Of a DNA stretch of 64,000 nucleotides, positions 19,301 through 27,729 are shown piece after piece. The notes beneath the pieces were generated by a model. That model made no database searches. It worked only from the letters and a program-made list of their open reading frames with translations, and was not told where the DNA came from. The first letter of the stretch is position 1; each line of letters begins with the position of its first letter. This DNA comes from Candidatus Microgenomates bacterium. GTDB taxonomy: Bacteria; Patescibacteriota; Microgenomatia; UBA8517; JACQJR01. A program made the position numbers and the translations under genes. The DNA lies in assembly GCA_016204995.1 (NCBI GenBank), contig JACQJR010000001.1, forward strand, positions 369,132-433,131. Direction: 5' to 3'.

Positions 19301-19770
19301 ATTTCCGCCCGATGCAAGAAACGTGCGCTGACTGGATCCTGATCTCGGGAAAAATAAACTCCGGGAGAACGGACAATTTGATTAACAACTACTCGCTCAA
19401 TGCCGTTAATAATAAACGTCCCCTTATCGGTCATTTGGGGAATATCGCCCAAAAAGACATCCTGGGTGGTGGATTTCTCGGTCTTTTTGTTGAAAAGTTT
19501 GGCTTCTACTTTAAGGGGAGAACTATAAGTGAGTCCTTTTTCTTGGGCTTTTAAGGGAGTAATAGTTGGTTTGCCCAAGTAATACTCGCCTAGGCTCAAG
19601 GCCCAATTTTTACCGGTAAAGTCTTCTACGGGGGAAATTTCAGAGAGAGCCTCGGCAATTCCTTCCGCCAAAAAGCGCTCCCACGATTCTTTTTGGACGG
19701 CTACCAAGTCTAAGGGCGGCAGTTTAAATTGCCCCTGTCTCTGCGCTAGTATTTGACGCTTTGACGGCAT
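16387..19770 (-). CDS. rpoB: DNA-directed RNA polymerase subunit beta (start probably the internal Met MPSKRQ at 19770, since a terminator-like leader hairpin lies at 19790-19816)
   Basis: about 1127 aa; rpoB-typical motifs; immediately upstream of rpoC. Confidence 0.95.
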   Translation of the reverse strand: MPSKRQILAQRQGQFKLPPLDLVAVQKESWERFLAEGIAEALSEISPVEDFTGKNWALSLGEYYLGKPTITPLKAQEKGLTYSSPLKVEAKLFNKKTEKSTTQDVFLGDIPQMTDKGTFIINGIERVVVNQIVRSPGVYFSRDQDPVSARFLHRAEIRPVRGSWLEFEVGKNDVIMARIDRRRRIMVTILLRALGIATEAEILNLFADIDRDDKHRYIQATLDKDNTKSADEALLEIYRRMRPGEPVVLDTAKNFFTNLFFSYRRYDLSKVGRYKINKRLGLGLENVKENWILQKEDIVGTIRYLIGLQNNEGRIDDIDHLANRRVRRVGELVATYGFRMGLLRLERSVKEKMSLTSTDDLVAPSFFVNARPVIASLNEFFRSNPQSSILDQTNPLSEIDNLRRLTVTGPGGISRERASFPIRDINSSQYGRIDPIRSPEGPNIGLVTYMALYTRVNEYGFLEAPYRRVVKDKIRGEIRPRVTDEIVYLSADDEEEYHLTHAGVLVSESGLIEDDWVPMRYQGQFLEGPAELIDFMDMTPGQVVGTSASLIPFLAHDEANRALMGTHMQCQAVPLIKPAAAIVGTGMEEMVARSQNWVILAQNAGRVSYVDAQRIEIQLEEKVKEKITSDHLEIDEKREIHYLTVFKRTSQSTCYHQKPRVSVGDQVKRGDFLADGPATDNGEIALGQNMLIAYCSFEGLGYEDALVVSDRLVKEDVLTSIHIEEYEAEVVETKLGPEELTKDIPNVPETDLGLMDEDGIVVVGSEVGPNDILVGKIQPKGETELTSEERLLRAIFGEKAREVRDTSLRMPHGERGIVIGVSILDREKGDELEPGTLKKVVVRVAQIRKVTAGDKLAGRHGNKGVISKIVPAADMPYLPDGTPIDIIISPLSVLARMNLGQLLEAHLGWALDKKGEHGGIPVFEKVPFELISEKLKEARLPVSGKTRLINGKTGEPFEQETMVGVAYIMKLIHMVEDKMHARSTGPYSLVTQQPLGGKAQMGGQRLGEMEVWALEAHRAGHTLQEMLTIKSDDVVGRARAFEAIVKGTDIPESTIPDSFKVLMRELNALNLSVEPKGAVIATQTEPESGETTARAARELAEAAGASLEAEEGELTAAESPMEVEIKS

Positions 19771-19789
19771 CGGGATTTTTCTTTGTATA

Positions 19790-19816
19790 CGCAAAAAGTC
19801 CCGTTTCTCACGGGAC
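19790..19816 (-). terminator. terminator-like hairpin plus U-run in the rpoB leader (putative attenuator)
   Basis: minus strand GTCCCGTGAGAAACGGGAC followed by TTTTTG, about 20 nt before the MPSKRQ start. Confidence 0.45.
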
Positions 19817-19852
19817 AAAATAATTTTGCGTACCTGACTACGCCTGGAATTG

Positions 19853-19883
19853 TTTATATCACAGCTAGCCGACAGTTGTCAAT
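19853..19883 (-). promoter_or_regulatory. candidate rpoBC promoter (TTGACA-N18-TATAAA)
   Basis: the reverse complement reads TTGACAACTGTCGGCTAGCTGTGATATAAA, between the lemA stop and the rpoB leader. Confidence 0.5.
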
Positions 19884-19893
19884 ACCCAGCTGA

Positions 19894-20445
19894 CTAGAGG
19901 GAAACTTTAACGGCGGCGCGGTTTTCCTCTTCCGTCTGGAAGAATTCCTGGCGACGGAAGCCAAAGATAGAAGCTAACAGATTATAAGGGAAACTTTCAA
20001 TTTTAATATTCAGCTCCCGCACATTGGCGTTATAAAAACGTCTGGCGGCTTCAATTTTATTTTCCGTATCAGTTAAATCACTTTGCAGTTTGGCAAAATT
20101 TTCCGAAGCTCGTAGTTGAGGATAGTTCTCTGCTACTGCAAAAAGAGATTTCAAAGCGCCGGCCAGCATATTGTTAGCCTCGGCAGCAGCAGCCGGATTT
20201 TGAGCGCTCATCACGGCGGTACGGGCCACAGTGACATCGGTAAAAACTTTCTTTTCATGCTTGGCATAACCTTTGACTACTTCCACCAAATTGGGAATTA
20301 AATCAGCCCGGCGCTTCAGCTGAACATCAATATCGGCCCAGGCATTTTTAGTCTGATTGACTAAGGAAACAAAACTATTGTAGGCAAATATCACCCACAA
20401 GAAGATGACACCCACTAATCCTAAGATGATATAAGTTAAATTCAT
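19894..20445 (-). CDS. lemA: LemA-family membrane protein
   Basis: 183 aa; N-terminal TM helix then the conserved LemA core ...YNSFVSLVNQTKNAWADIDVQLKRRADLIPNLVEVVKGYAKHE... Confidence 0.8.
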   Translation of the reverse strand: MNLTYIILGLVGVIFLWVIFAYNSFVSLVNQTKNAWADIDVQLKRRADLIPNLVEVVKGYAKHEKKVFTDVTVARTAVMSAQNPAAAAEANNMLAGALKSLFAVAENYPQLRASENFAKLQSDLTDTENKIEAARRFYNANVRELNIKIESFPYNLLASIFGFRRQEFFQTEEENRAAVKVSL

Positions 20446-20483
20446 GATTTAATTGTCCTTTAAAATCACCTGTTTGTCAATCT

Positions 20484-22220
20484 TTACCAACTGCCGCCGC
20501 CTCCACCACCAAAACCGCCGCCGGAAAAACCTCCGCCTCCGGCGAAGCCCGATCTGGGACTAGCCATAATGGCCGAAGACATAGAACTGGAAAAATTACT
20601 AATATTGGAACTAAAGATGACCGGATTAAAGCGGCCTGTACCATAATACCAGGCCGGTTGAGTAGGTTTGATGCCCATCTCTTCAAAAACTTTGGCAAAT
20701 TTTTCAGTTAAGCCAAAAACAATGGCATAAGGCAATACTTCGTTAAAAATATTTTCCCTCTCCATAAATTGCTGTTTATATTTTTCGGCCTTTTCAATAA
20801 ACATTCTAAAGCCAAGTACTCTTCTAAATAATTGATAACCCGCCGTGGTTCTTCTAGGGAAAGAGCGGGAGAAAATCATTAGGATAATCCCTATAAAAAA
20901 TATACCCAGGATAAAGCCGGGCCAATACCCGCCTTCTTCAAAGGCGGCGGCGCTGGGAGCAAGAATCACGCCTAAAAAGAAAAGTATGGATCCAAAACCA
21001 GTGTATTTATTTCTTAATTTTTCGGGATTGGTGGGAAAATATTTTTTATCTATCATATCTTTGTATAAAGCATCCTTAACCAAAACCAAATCTTTATAAA
21101 ATTTATTTTGTAAGTCGGATAATAAAATTTCCTCTTTTTCTTTAAATAAACTCTGTAAAAGTATTTTTTCGTAATTAACCAAGCCGGTAATTTCCTTTTT
21201 AGTCCGAGTCAAAGTGTAATCTCCGCGACTTAACAATCCTTTTTTCGGCTCTTCCGTAATGGTTAAAAATCCACGGGCCGCCAAATCCACAATGGTAGCC
21301 GTTACATCCAGACTATCTGCCTTCTCATCCACTAGAGTACCGACTTGAGCCGGTTTTAATTTTTCCGGCGGAAAATATTCCGCGACCAGTGGCAAATTTT
21401 TACCCACTTCCCGGCCATGGTAAAACCAATAGGCAAAAATTGTCCCGCCGCCCAACAGAAAAAATACCCCGGCCACAATCAACATTGTTAAAACTGCTTT
21501 ACCCTGCTCTGGATTATAATTTTGGGAAGAGATTTTAGGACTTTGGGTTAAGGTAGTAATTGGTATGCTTCCCTTTTTATATCCGACTACAACTGTTAAT
21601 CCCCAACTAGGCAGCAAGGGGTTGCGCGCCTGAAAAGAAGCTTGGCTAGCAGATAACAAATTACTGCGACACTTGTTGTTTACCCCAAATCGTCCTTCAA
21701 AACAGGTAATACCGGTAATGGCATTTTGCGGTAAAGTGACTTGAGCCGAAGCCTTATTAATAAAAACCGGCCACTGATCACCAGTCACATCCCAATACAA
21801 CTCATCATGATCGCTAAAACTTCTTAAAGCACCCCTGACCAAATATTGAATTTGATAACTAACTTTACCAGAAACCGTTTGGCGGGGATCACCAATTTTA
21901 ATATGTAAAAAGTCGCCACTCGTAGAAGACTCATAAATCGCCGGAACGTTATTTTGTAAAACACCTAACAGAAGAATATCTATGTAATAATTCTGGCTAT
22001 TACCCAGTTGGTAAATATAAGGAATATCGCGGAAGATACCGTGTTTATCAAGCTCGCCAAAATCCGCATCAATCGTTTCTAAAACTTGTACTTTGCCATC
22101 AGATTGAATATTGATCTCGCTTTTAAAATTATCAATCACCCAATTTTCCGCAGCCTGTGCCTGCCGAACAAAAAGAAGAAAAAATAAGCTAGTAAATAAT
22201 AGAACTAAATGCTTTATCAC
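20484..22220 (-). CDS. DUF2207-family membrane protein with C-terminal Gly-rich tail (usual partner of LemA)
   Basis: 578 aa; signal peptide, extracytoplasmic domain, TM helices, C-terminus [18 protein letters not shown]; adjacent to lemA as in the conserved LemA-DUF2207 gene pair. Confidence 0.7.
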   Translation of the reverse strand: MIKHLVLLFTSLFFLLFVRQAQAAENWVIDNFKSEINIQSDGKVQVLETIDADFGELDKHGIFRDIPYIYQLGNSQNYYIDILLLGVLQNNVPAIYESSTSGDFLHIKIGDPRQTVSGKVSYQIQYLVRGALRSFSDHDELYWDVTGDQWPVFINKASAQVTLPQNAITGITCFEGRFGVNNKCRSNLLSASQASFQARNPLLPSWGLTVVVGYKKGSIPITTLTQSPKISSQNYNPEQGKAVLTMLIVAGVFFLLGGGTIFAYWFYHGREVGKNLPLVAEYFPPEKLKPAQVGTLVDEKADSLDVTATIVDLAARGFLTITEEPKKGLLSRGDYTLTRTKKEITGLVNYEKILLQSLFKEKEEILLSDLQNKFYKDLVLVKDALYKDMIDKKYFPTNPEKLRNKYTGFGSILFFLGVILAPSAAAFEEGGYWPGFILGIFFIGIILMIFSRSFPRRTTAGYQLFRRVLGFRMFIEKAEKYKQQFMERENIFNEVLPYAIVFGLTEKFAKVFEEMGIKPTQPAWYYGTGRFNPVIFSSNISNFSSSMSSAIMASPRSGFAGGGGFSGGGFGGGGGGSW

Positions 22221-22227
22221 TCCTATA

Positions 22228-23187
22228 TTATATAGCAGGGGAAGTAGCAGCAGGCCTAGAGGTTGGTTTTAAGATGGGGGTGGTGGTGGCATATGGCGAA
22301 GCCAGAGGCAAAACAGACGGCAAAGGCATTTCCTGTTGCAAAGATTTGATCCTAACTGCTTGCGAAATTATGCCAATAATTAAGGAAAAGAAAAGAATGG
22401 CTAAAATCCAGCCGAGCACTGCGATAATCCACACCCACATCAAGCTGGCTCCTTTTTCATTTTCCAGCCCCTGACTGGCTTGCTTATATAAAGTGACTGA
22501 ATAGGCAAGAGCATACCAACCCAATAAAATATTAACTAACATAGATAAAACAGGCGCTATTCTATTTAAAATTAGGACTATGCCTACTGTGACTAAAAAT
22601 ATAATCAGCACTCTGATTAAAATTTCTCCGCCATGTTTTTCAAATATTAATAAACTTCTCCTTAAAGCGCCTGTCCAGCGCTGATTATTAAGCACTACTT
22701 CATAAGCTGCAAAATAAAATAGGAACATAAAAAGTATTGCCGGCAAAATTAATAAAAATAATCCGCCTAAATTAATAAATAATAATAAAAGATTGACTAG
22801 AAAAAGAGGAATAACCAGCCGGAAACTTTTACTAATAGCACTAACTAAAGCTAATTCCCCCTTACTGTCTACCGTCAAGATGGAAGCTATCTGAAAGACA
22901 GCCGTAATAACCATGAAATATATTACTAAGGAAATTATTAAAACAGGCCAAATGGGGGGCATCATGGAAATACCTGATAAACCGCCTTCTTTTAAGTTGG
23001 CTAAAGATAAACCTAGGGTGTCGATAAAAATGATTATGAAGGGGATTAGCACAATGAAAGTTACTATCAAACTGATAATAGTTAGAATGAAAAGCTTTAA
23101 GGAGCTTTTGGCAAAAACATCCCAGGATTCTGTAAACAAGGCACCGATGGAAGGCAATGAGGAAACGGCTGATTTAGAACTATCCAT
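22228..23187 (-). CDS. polytopic membrane protein, hypothetical
   Basis: 319 aa with 7 or more hydrophobic segments; Pro/Thr/Ser-rich C-terminus. Confidence 0.5.
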   Translation of the reverse strand: MDSSKSAVSSLPSIGALFTESWDVFAKSSLKLFILTIISLIVTFIVLIPFIIIFIDTLGLSLANLKEGGLSGISMMPPIWPVLIISLVIYFMVITAVFQIASILTVDSKGELALVSAISKSFRLVIPLFLVNLLLLFINLGGLFLLILPAILFMFLFYFAAYEVVLNNQRWTGALRRSLLIFEKHGGEILIRVLIIFLVTVGIVLILNRIAPVLSMLVNILLGWYALAYSVTLYKQASQGLENEKGASLMWVWIIAVLGWILAILFFSLIIGIISQAVRIKSLQQEMPLPSVLPLASPYATTTPILKPTSRPAATSPAI

Positions 23188-23202
23188 TTTCTAATTAAAA
23201 AC

Positions 23203-24240
23203 TTACAACAAGTATTTGTCAATGTTCTGTTGATGTTCTTCGGAGTTGGCCGCATAGTGGATTTGGCCGGTATTATCATGCAGATAGAACCAATAAGGAG
23301 AATCTTGGGGACTCGCTGCAGCTTTAATTGAGGACAGTCCAGGACTGGCAATTGGTCCGGGCGGCAAACCGCGATGTAAATAAGTATTGTAAGGAGAATT
23401 TATTTTTTTATCCGCCACTGTGGCTGGTTCCCACCAGGAACAATTTTCGTCCAGATGACGACCAGCCTTTGGCTGGGAGATTTGACCTGCCTGCGCAGGC
23501 AGGCATTTGAGATTGACAACTGCGTACTGCAGTGTCGCATCAGCTTGCAAAGGCCAACCAGCCTTTATTCTTTTCAGTAAAATACCGGCGACAATCGGCC
23601 GCTCCTCATCGGTTCTGGTTTCCCGCTCTATGATGGAAGCCAAGGTTACTAATTTTTCCAAAGTTAAATCTTGTTGCTTGGCTTGGGAAATTATGTCTGC
23701 GGAAACTTTTTTATCAAAAGTATCACGCAGTTTTTTCACCACTGCCCCGGCAGTAGCATTTCTGCTCAACAAATAAGTATCGGGGAAAAGGAAACCTTCC
23801 ATGCCTTGCGACTCTTTCATAAATTCTTTCAAAAAAATCTGCTGTTTTTCTGAAGTTAACTCCAAAGCAGTCGCTATTTTTTGGGCGATTTCTTCCCGGC
23901 GAAAACCTTCCGGAATAGTCACCCATAGAGCCACTGGCCCACGAATTAACTCTGCTACTAATTGAGGTAATGGTAAATTTTTAGTAATTCTAAAATCGCC
24001 GGCCGGGATTTTTTTAGTCCGATCGGCAATGGAAACGTAAACTTTAAAAGCCAAAGAAGAACGAATAAAACCTTGTTTTTCTAACTCATCACCGATTTGA
24101 GAAGCGCTTTCGCCTTTGATAATCACAAAGGGATAGTAAATTTTATCAGTGGAAGGAGCAATGGTAGCATCTCGCCACCACCACATCACGAGTAGGGGCA
24201 AGGCAATGATTATCAGAAGAAATGTAACAAGACGTTTCAT
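23203..24240 (-). CDS. mltG: endolytic murein transglycosylase MltG/YceG family; carries an 18-bp palindromic insertion encoding LPAQAG
   Basis: 345 aa; N-terminal TM; YceG-like core ...GEGFLFPDTYLL...LASIIERET...; synteny alaS...ruvX-small ORF-mltG as in Firmicutes. Confidence 0.85.
   Translation of the reverse strand: MKRLVTFLLIIIALPLLVMWWWRDATIAPSTDKIYYPFVIIKGESASQIGDELEKQGFIRSSLAFKVYVSIADRTKKIPAGDFRITKNLPLPQLVAELIRGPVALWVTIPEGFRREEIAQKIATALELTSEKQQIFLKEFMKESQGMEGFLFPDTYLLSRNATAGAVVKKLRDTFDKKVSADIISQAKQQDLTLEKLVTLASIIERETRTDEERPIVAGILLKRIKAGWPLQADATLQYAVVNLKCLPAQAGQISQPKAGRHLDENCSWWEPATVADKKINSPYNTYLHRGLPPGPIASPGLSSIKAAASPQDSPYWFYLHDNTGQIHYAANSEEHQQNIDKYLL
23486..23503. repeat. 18-bp perfect palindrome CCTGCCTGCGCAGGCAGG (core of the 36-bp element), in-frame in mltG
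   Basis: matches the two 9-bp arms of the 36-bp element without the inner 18 bp; encodes LPAQAG. Confidence 0.8.
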
Positions 24241-24443
24241 ATTTCCGACAACAGTGCCCGACGATATTTTTTGGCTTTACTATCAAACAGAAAAACACGG
24301 CCGCAACTACAAGTAACTTTTTCCCAACCCTTGACTTTGCTTTTTTGAGGTTTATGAGGATTTAAATCCCGGCCGCAGCCGACACAGCGGCCCTGGGAGA
24401 TGAGCCAAGCTTGAACAGGAGAAATTAATTGCTTAATCACCAT
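24237..24443 (-). CDS. small zinc-ribbon protein (CxxC...CxC)
   Basis: 68 aa; CVGCGRDLNPH...VTCSCGRVF; sits between ruvX and mltG where Firmicutes carry a small ORF. Confidence 0.4.
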   Translation of the reverse strand: MVIKQLISPVQAWLISQGRCVGCGRDLNPHKPQKSKVKGWEKVTCSCGRVFLFDSKAKKYRRALLSEI

Positions 24444-24819
24444 GTGTCTCTAGATATGATTGTAGCATAACGGCGGCGGCAAATGCATCTTCCATGCTTT
24501 TTCGCCTGACCCTGGCCATGCCAGAAGCAATAGCTAACTTTTGAGCATCGTAAGTGGTTAAGGTTTCATCCCACAAAATCACCTTTATGCCTTGATGTTT
24601 TAGTTTATCAGCTACCTGTTTTATTATCTTTTCCATCTCTCCGCTTGGCAGGCCGATTACCACCTCCAATGCTTGTTCTCTTCTGGTTAAATCCGTGATT
24701 TTTTGGATCAATTTAGCTAAATTACTTTCTTTGATCACCACCAGCGGCTCGGCCAAAATTCCTACGCCCCGGGCCACTCCGGTTTTAATTTTGCCAATAT
24801 CTAATCCCAGTCTAATCAT
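24433..24819 (-). CDS. ruvX: RuvX/YqgF-family Holliday-junction resolvase-like pre-16S rRNA nuclease
   Basis: 128 aa; MIRLGLDIGKIKTGVARGVGILAEPLVVIK... RNase H-fold YqgF signature. Confidence 0.8.
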   Translation of the reverse strand: MIRLGLDIGKIKTGVARGVGILAEPLVVIKESNLAKLIQKITDLTRREQALEVVIGLPSGEMEKIIKQVADKLKHQGIKVILWDETLTTYDAQKLAIASGMARVRRKSMEDAFAAAVMLQSYLETHGD

Positions 24820-25505
24820 ATACTTGCCCCCGACTGCATCGGGGCTAACTCCGCTTTCACTATTAGCCGCCGCAAATAAGTTCCCGGCGGCACGCAGGTA
24901 ATTAAAGTCAGGTGGGGTTTATCGTTAGGTTGGGCCAGCACCGAGATTTCGGTCGGCGCCACCTCAAACATCTCTGAAATGACAAAACGATAAGTGATGC
25001 CATCATAGCTAACTATTATTTCATCTCCTTTCGCCAAAGTTGGCAGGGTAGAAAAAATAGATAAATAATTGGTAGGGCTAAAAAACTGCGGCAAAGTAGA
25101 ATGGCCAAAAATGACAGCATTACCCACTCGGCCTGGTATGGCCGTCCCCTTATAATGAATTAAATTTTTACTTAAGTCTTCGCCGGCAATTTCCACTGTC
25201 GCCTGGCTAATTTTTAATTTAGGAATTGATAAAGTATAGTATTTAATTTGAGAATTAGCTTCTGGCCGGTCGGGGAAATCCAAGCTGCCTACAAACCAAT
25301 TGGAAGCCCGAGTTAAATCTACGGGGCTATATTTTTGGCTATTGCTGTCTCCTACCGGAGATAAAAATTTAGAATCACTATCGCCCCGACTAAAGTTAGG
25401 GGCAGTAAACAATTCGTATGAAATAATAGGGAAAACGGCGCTGGTTAACACCAAGCCTCCCCCGATAATTAAAAAAATAGCCAATAACCGAAGCCAAAAC
25501 ATCAT
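24816..25505 (-). CDS. sortase-family transpeptidase
   Basis: 229 aa; N-terminal TM anchor; catalytic His (VIFGHS), TLITC cysteine motif, downstream Arg (RRLIV). Confidence 0.75.
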   Translation of the reverse strand: MMFWLRLLAIFLIIGGGLVLTSAVFPIISYELFTAPNFSRGDSDSKFLSPVGDSNSQKYSPVDLTRASNWFVGSLDFPDRPEANSQIKYYTLSIPKLKISQATVEIAGEDLSKNLIHYKGTAIPGRVGNAVIFGHSTLPQFFSPTNYLSIFSTLPTLAKGDEIIVSYDGITYRFVISEMFEVAPTEISVLAQPNDKPHLTLITCVPPGTYLRRLIVKAELAPMQSGASI

Positions 25506-27715
25506 TGTTCGGCAACCACCTTAATGGTAATGTTGTCGCTTTTTTGAGGCAGAAAATCGGACAGAAATGGCAAACGGGGAGAAAATTTAATGGAAGTACG
25601 AGAATAGCCTGGTAAAGCAGCCAGTTTTGTCTTAACCTCCGATTGGCTTTTACCAGCCAGTTGCGAAACCAGCTGTCTTTGATTAATCTGCGGCAGTAAA
25701 TTAGCTTGCGCTGTCACATTAATAGTCAGCACCTTATTTTTTTCTTTTTTCTCACCTGTCTGGCTAATGGAACTAAAACTAGCTGCTATATCACCCTCTT
25801 CTAAATTAAACTTCTCTGGCACTTTGGGACGCAAAACAGTTAATAGCTGGCTGTTTAACTGATCATGCGGTATGGTTACTGCTATTCCTTCCGCTTCTAG
25901 GTTTAACTTCAAGGTTTGTGCTTCCTCACCGACATTATGAGAAAATGAACGTCGCACAATGTTCATTTGGATTGATTCATTAATGACTGTTTCATCGCCA
26001 CTAACCTTCTGTCTAATATCTGTCTTAAATTTGTCGGTCAGTTCTGCCAACAGGTCTGTTTCCAGTTTTTGTCTATCTTCTTTGGCCACAGCCGGTACTT
26101 CTCGCGAGCTGCCGCCGGTAAAAACATTATCGTTTTTGGCAGCAAAACTATTGGTGGAAAAATTAGTGATCGCAAAACTATTGCCAGAGGCTAAATTGTA
26201 TTGGGTACCAATATCAGCCGCACTAATTACGGCTTTGGCTTGGCCTAGCACAATGTTGGGCAAAATGCCAGAGGCGGAGGCCACCGTCACCTGACTATCA
26301 AGACTGAACTTTAAACCGTTAGGACCAACTAAAATGGTATGAGCGGGAAAAGTTTTGGGCTGGGCGGTGTTATTGAAAATTATGACCTCTCCTTTGGCCC
26401 GATCTCCCACAGTTTTAGAACCGGTAGTGGAAGTAGTCTTTTCACCTTCCACGGTAGAAGAAATGGTCCGGCCGGCCACAATACCATCTCCGCTCCCACC
26501 AGTGGGATCAACCTGCAAAGTCAATTTTTCCTCAATTTTTTTAGGAGCAATATAAATAGTGAGCTGGGCCTTGGGTACAAAATACCACACTAAAGTAAAA
26601 ACTAAAATCGTTAATCCCCCTAAAATTAACCATATCTTCAACTTGCCTAAAAACCCACTTTTAGCAGAAACCGCATTAAAGAGGGAATTTAGTTTGGAAC
26701 CGGTCTCCGATCCTGATTTAATCGGGGCAGGCCCGCCTGCACCAACAGGCCTGTCTGCGCCAGCAGGCTCCACCACTTCCTCGTGGGTTTCCTGGAAACC
26801 GAAATCTTCTACTGGTGGTGTGACAGCAACTGGCAATTGCGGCTCTGGAGTCACTGAAGAAACCTTTTCCGTAGCAATTTCTTCCTCTACTACTGGTCTC
26901 CGGCCCTGGAAGGTCTCTGGCTCCGATTTAAGCGGGGCTGGTTCTGTCGCAGTGGTTAATTCCGGTTGAACCGGGGCTTCAGTGGAAGCAGCGACTGAAA
27001 TAGCGGATAATAACTCGTCCGATGTCAATCTTTCAATCCTGGGAGTATGCAGGAAAAAGGCCGAAGGCCATTCCCAGTTAACTAAATTTTGCCGTGCCTC
27101 CTCCAACTCGTTATTATTTCTGTTGTATAAAACTAACCGCGCAGGCAGTGATTCTCCGACGCCAAAACGGGATAAGCCCTCGGTAATATCATCTGCCAGC
27201 GATATACTGCGGCTGACCAGATGGGAATTAACAATTTTACCCGATCTAACCAATAACACTTCCGCTTCCTCTTCTTCAATACCAACTAAAATGGCCGAAA
27301 GGGGTGAGCCTTCTTTGTTTTTCAAAAAATGAATAATCGCTTCCGGTACTACCACAAAGCCTTTAGGTTTAAGTTCTAATTTTTCGCACAAGAGACGCAG
27401 GTGGGCCAGTTTTTCAGGAACAATATTACCATCTTCTATCCAGAAATTAGGCAAGCCAAAAACTACTGATAAAATTTCCTCCGGCGGCTCATTCATACTA
27501 CCTACTGCGGCTGATAAACTGTCATCAGCCGCCTGGACAAAAGATTCACTGTCCTGCCAAGCATCAGTCGTGCCGGCTGCCATTAATTCACCCTGACCGG
27601 ATAGAGTACGCCACAAACCGGCCTGAATCCAATTTTTACCAATCACAAAGGAAACAAATACTTCTTGCGGAGTTTCTTTTTTACCAATAATTTCCGTAAT
27701 GCTGGGCAATTTCAT
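25502..27715 (-). CDS. bitopic membrane protein: N-terminal cytoplasmic FtsA/PilM-like actin-fold domain, Pro-rich linker carrying repeat-element insertions, TM helix, large extracytoplasmic domain
   Basis: 737 aa; N-terminal region resembles PilM/FtsA subdomains (VFVSFVIGKNWIQAG..., AILVGIEEEEAEVLLVRSGKIV); TM KIWLILGGLTILVFTLVWYFV; the linker contains PAGADRPVGAG and PIKSG encoded by the palindromic elements. Confidence 0.5.
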   Translation of the reverse strand: MKLPSITEIIGKKETPQEVFVSFVIGKNWIQAGLWRTLSGQGELMAAGTTDAWQDSESFVQAADDSLSAAVGSMNEPPEEILSVVFGLPNFWIEDGNIVPEKLAHLRLLCEKLELKPKGFVVVPEAIIHFLKNKEGSPLSAILVGIEEEEAEVLLVRSGKIVNSHLVSRSISLADDITEGLSRFGVGESLPARLVLYNRNNNELEEARQNLVNWEWPSAFFLHTPRIERLTSDELLSAISVAASTEAPVQPELTTATEPAPLKSEPETFQGRRPVVEEEIATEKVSSVTPEPQLPVAVTPPVEDFGFQETHEEVVEPAGADRPVGAGGPAPIKSGSETGSKLNSLFNAVSAKSGFLGKLKIWLILGGLTILVFTLVWYFVPKAQLTIYIAPKKIEEKLTLQVDPTGGSGDGIVAGRTISSTVEGEKTTSTTGSKTVGDRAKGEVIIFNNTAQPKTFPAHTILVGPNGLKFSLDSQVTVASASGILPNIVLGQAKAVISAADIGTQYNLASGNSFAITNFSTNSFAAKNDNVFTGGSSREVPAVAKEDRQKLETDLLAELTDKFKTDIRQKVSGDETVINESIQMNIVRRSFSHNVGEEAQTLKLNLEAEGIAVTIPHDQLNSQLLTVLRPKVPEKFNLEEGDIAASFSSISQTGEKKEKNKVLTINVTAQANLLPQINQRQLVSQLAGKSQSEVKTKLAALPGYSRTSIKFSPRLPFLSDFLPQKSDNITIKVVAEQ
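26741..26781. repeat. degenerate copy of the 36-bp element in the linker of the 737-aa membrane protein gene
   Basis: GCAGGCCCGCCTGCACCAACAGGCCTGTCTGCGCCAGCAGGC shares TGTCTGCGCCAGCAGGC with the element; encodes EPAGADRPVGAG in the same relative frame. Confidence 0.6.
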
Positions 27716-27729
27716 TTTGGCGAGTATCT

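Noticed and set aside
20477-20698. 73-aa minus-strand ORF overlapping the 3' end of the DUF2207 gene
   Set aside because: An alternate frame of the Gly-rich tail region; Pro/Ala/Val-rich low-complexity translation.
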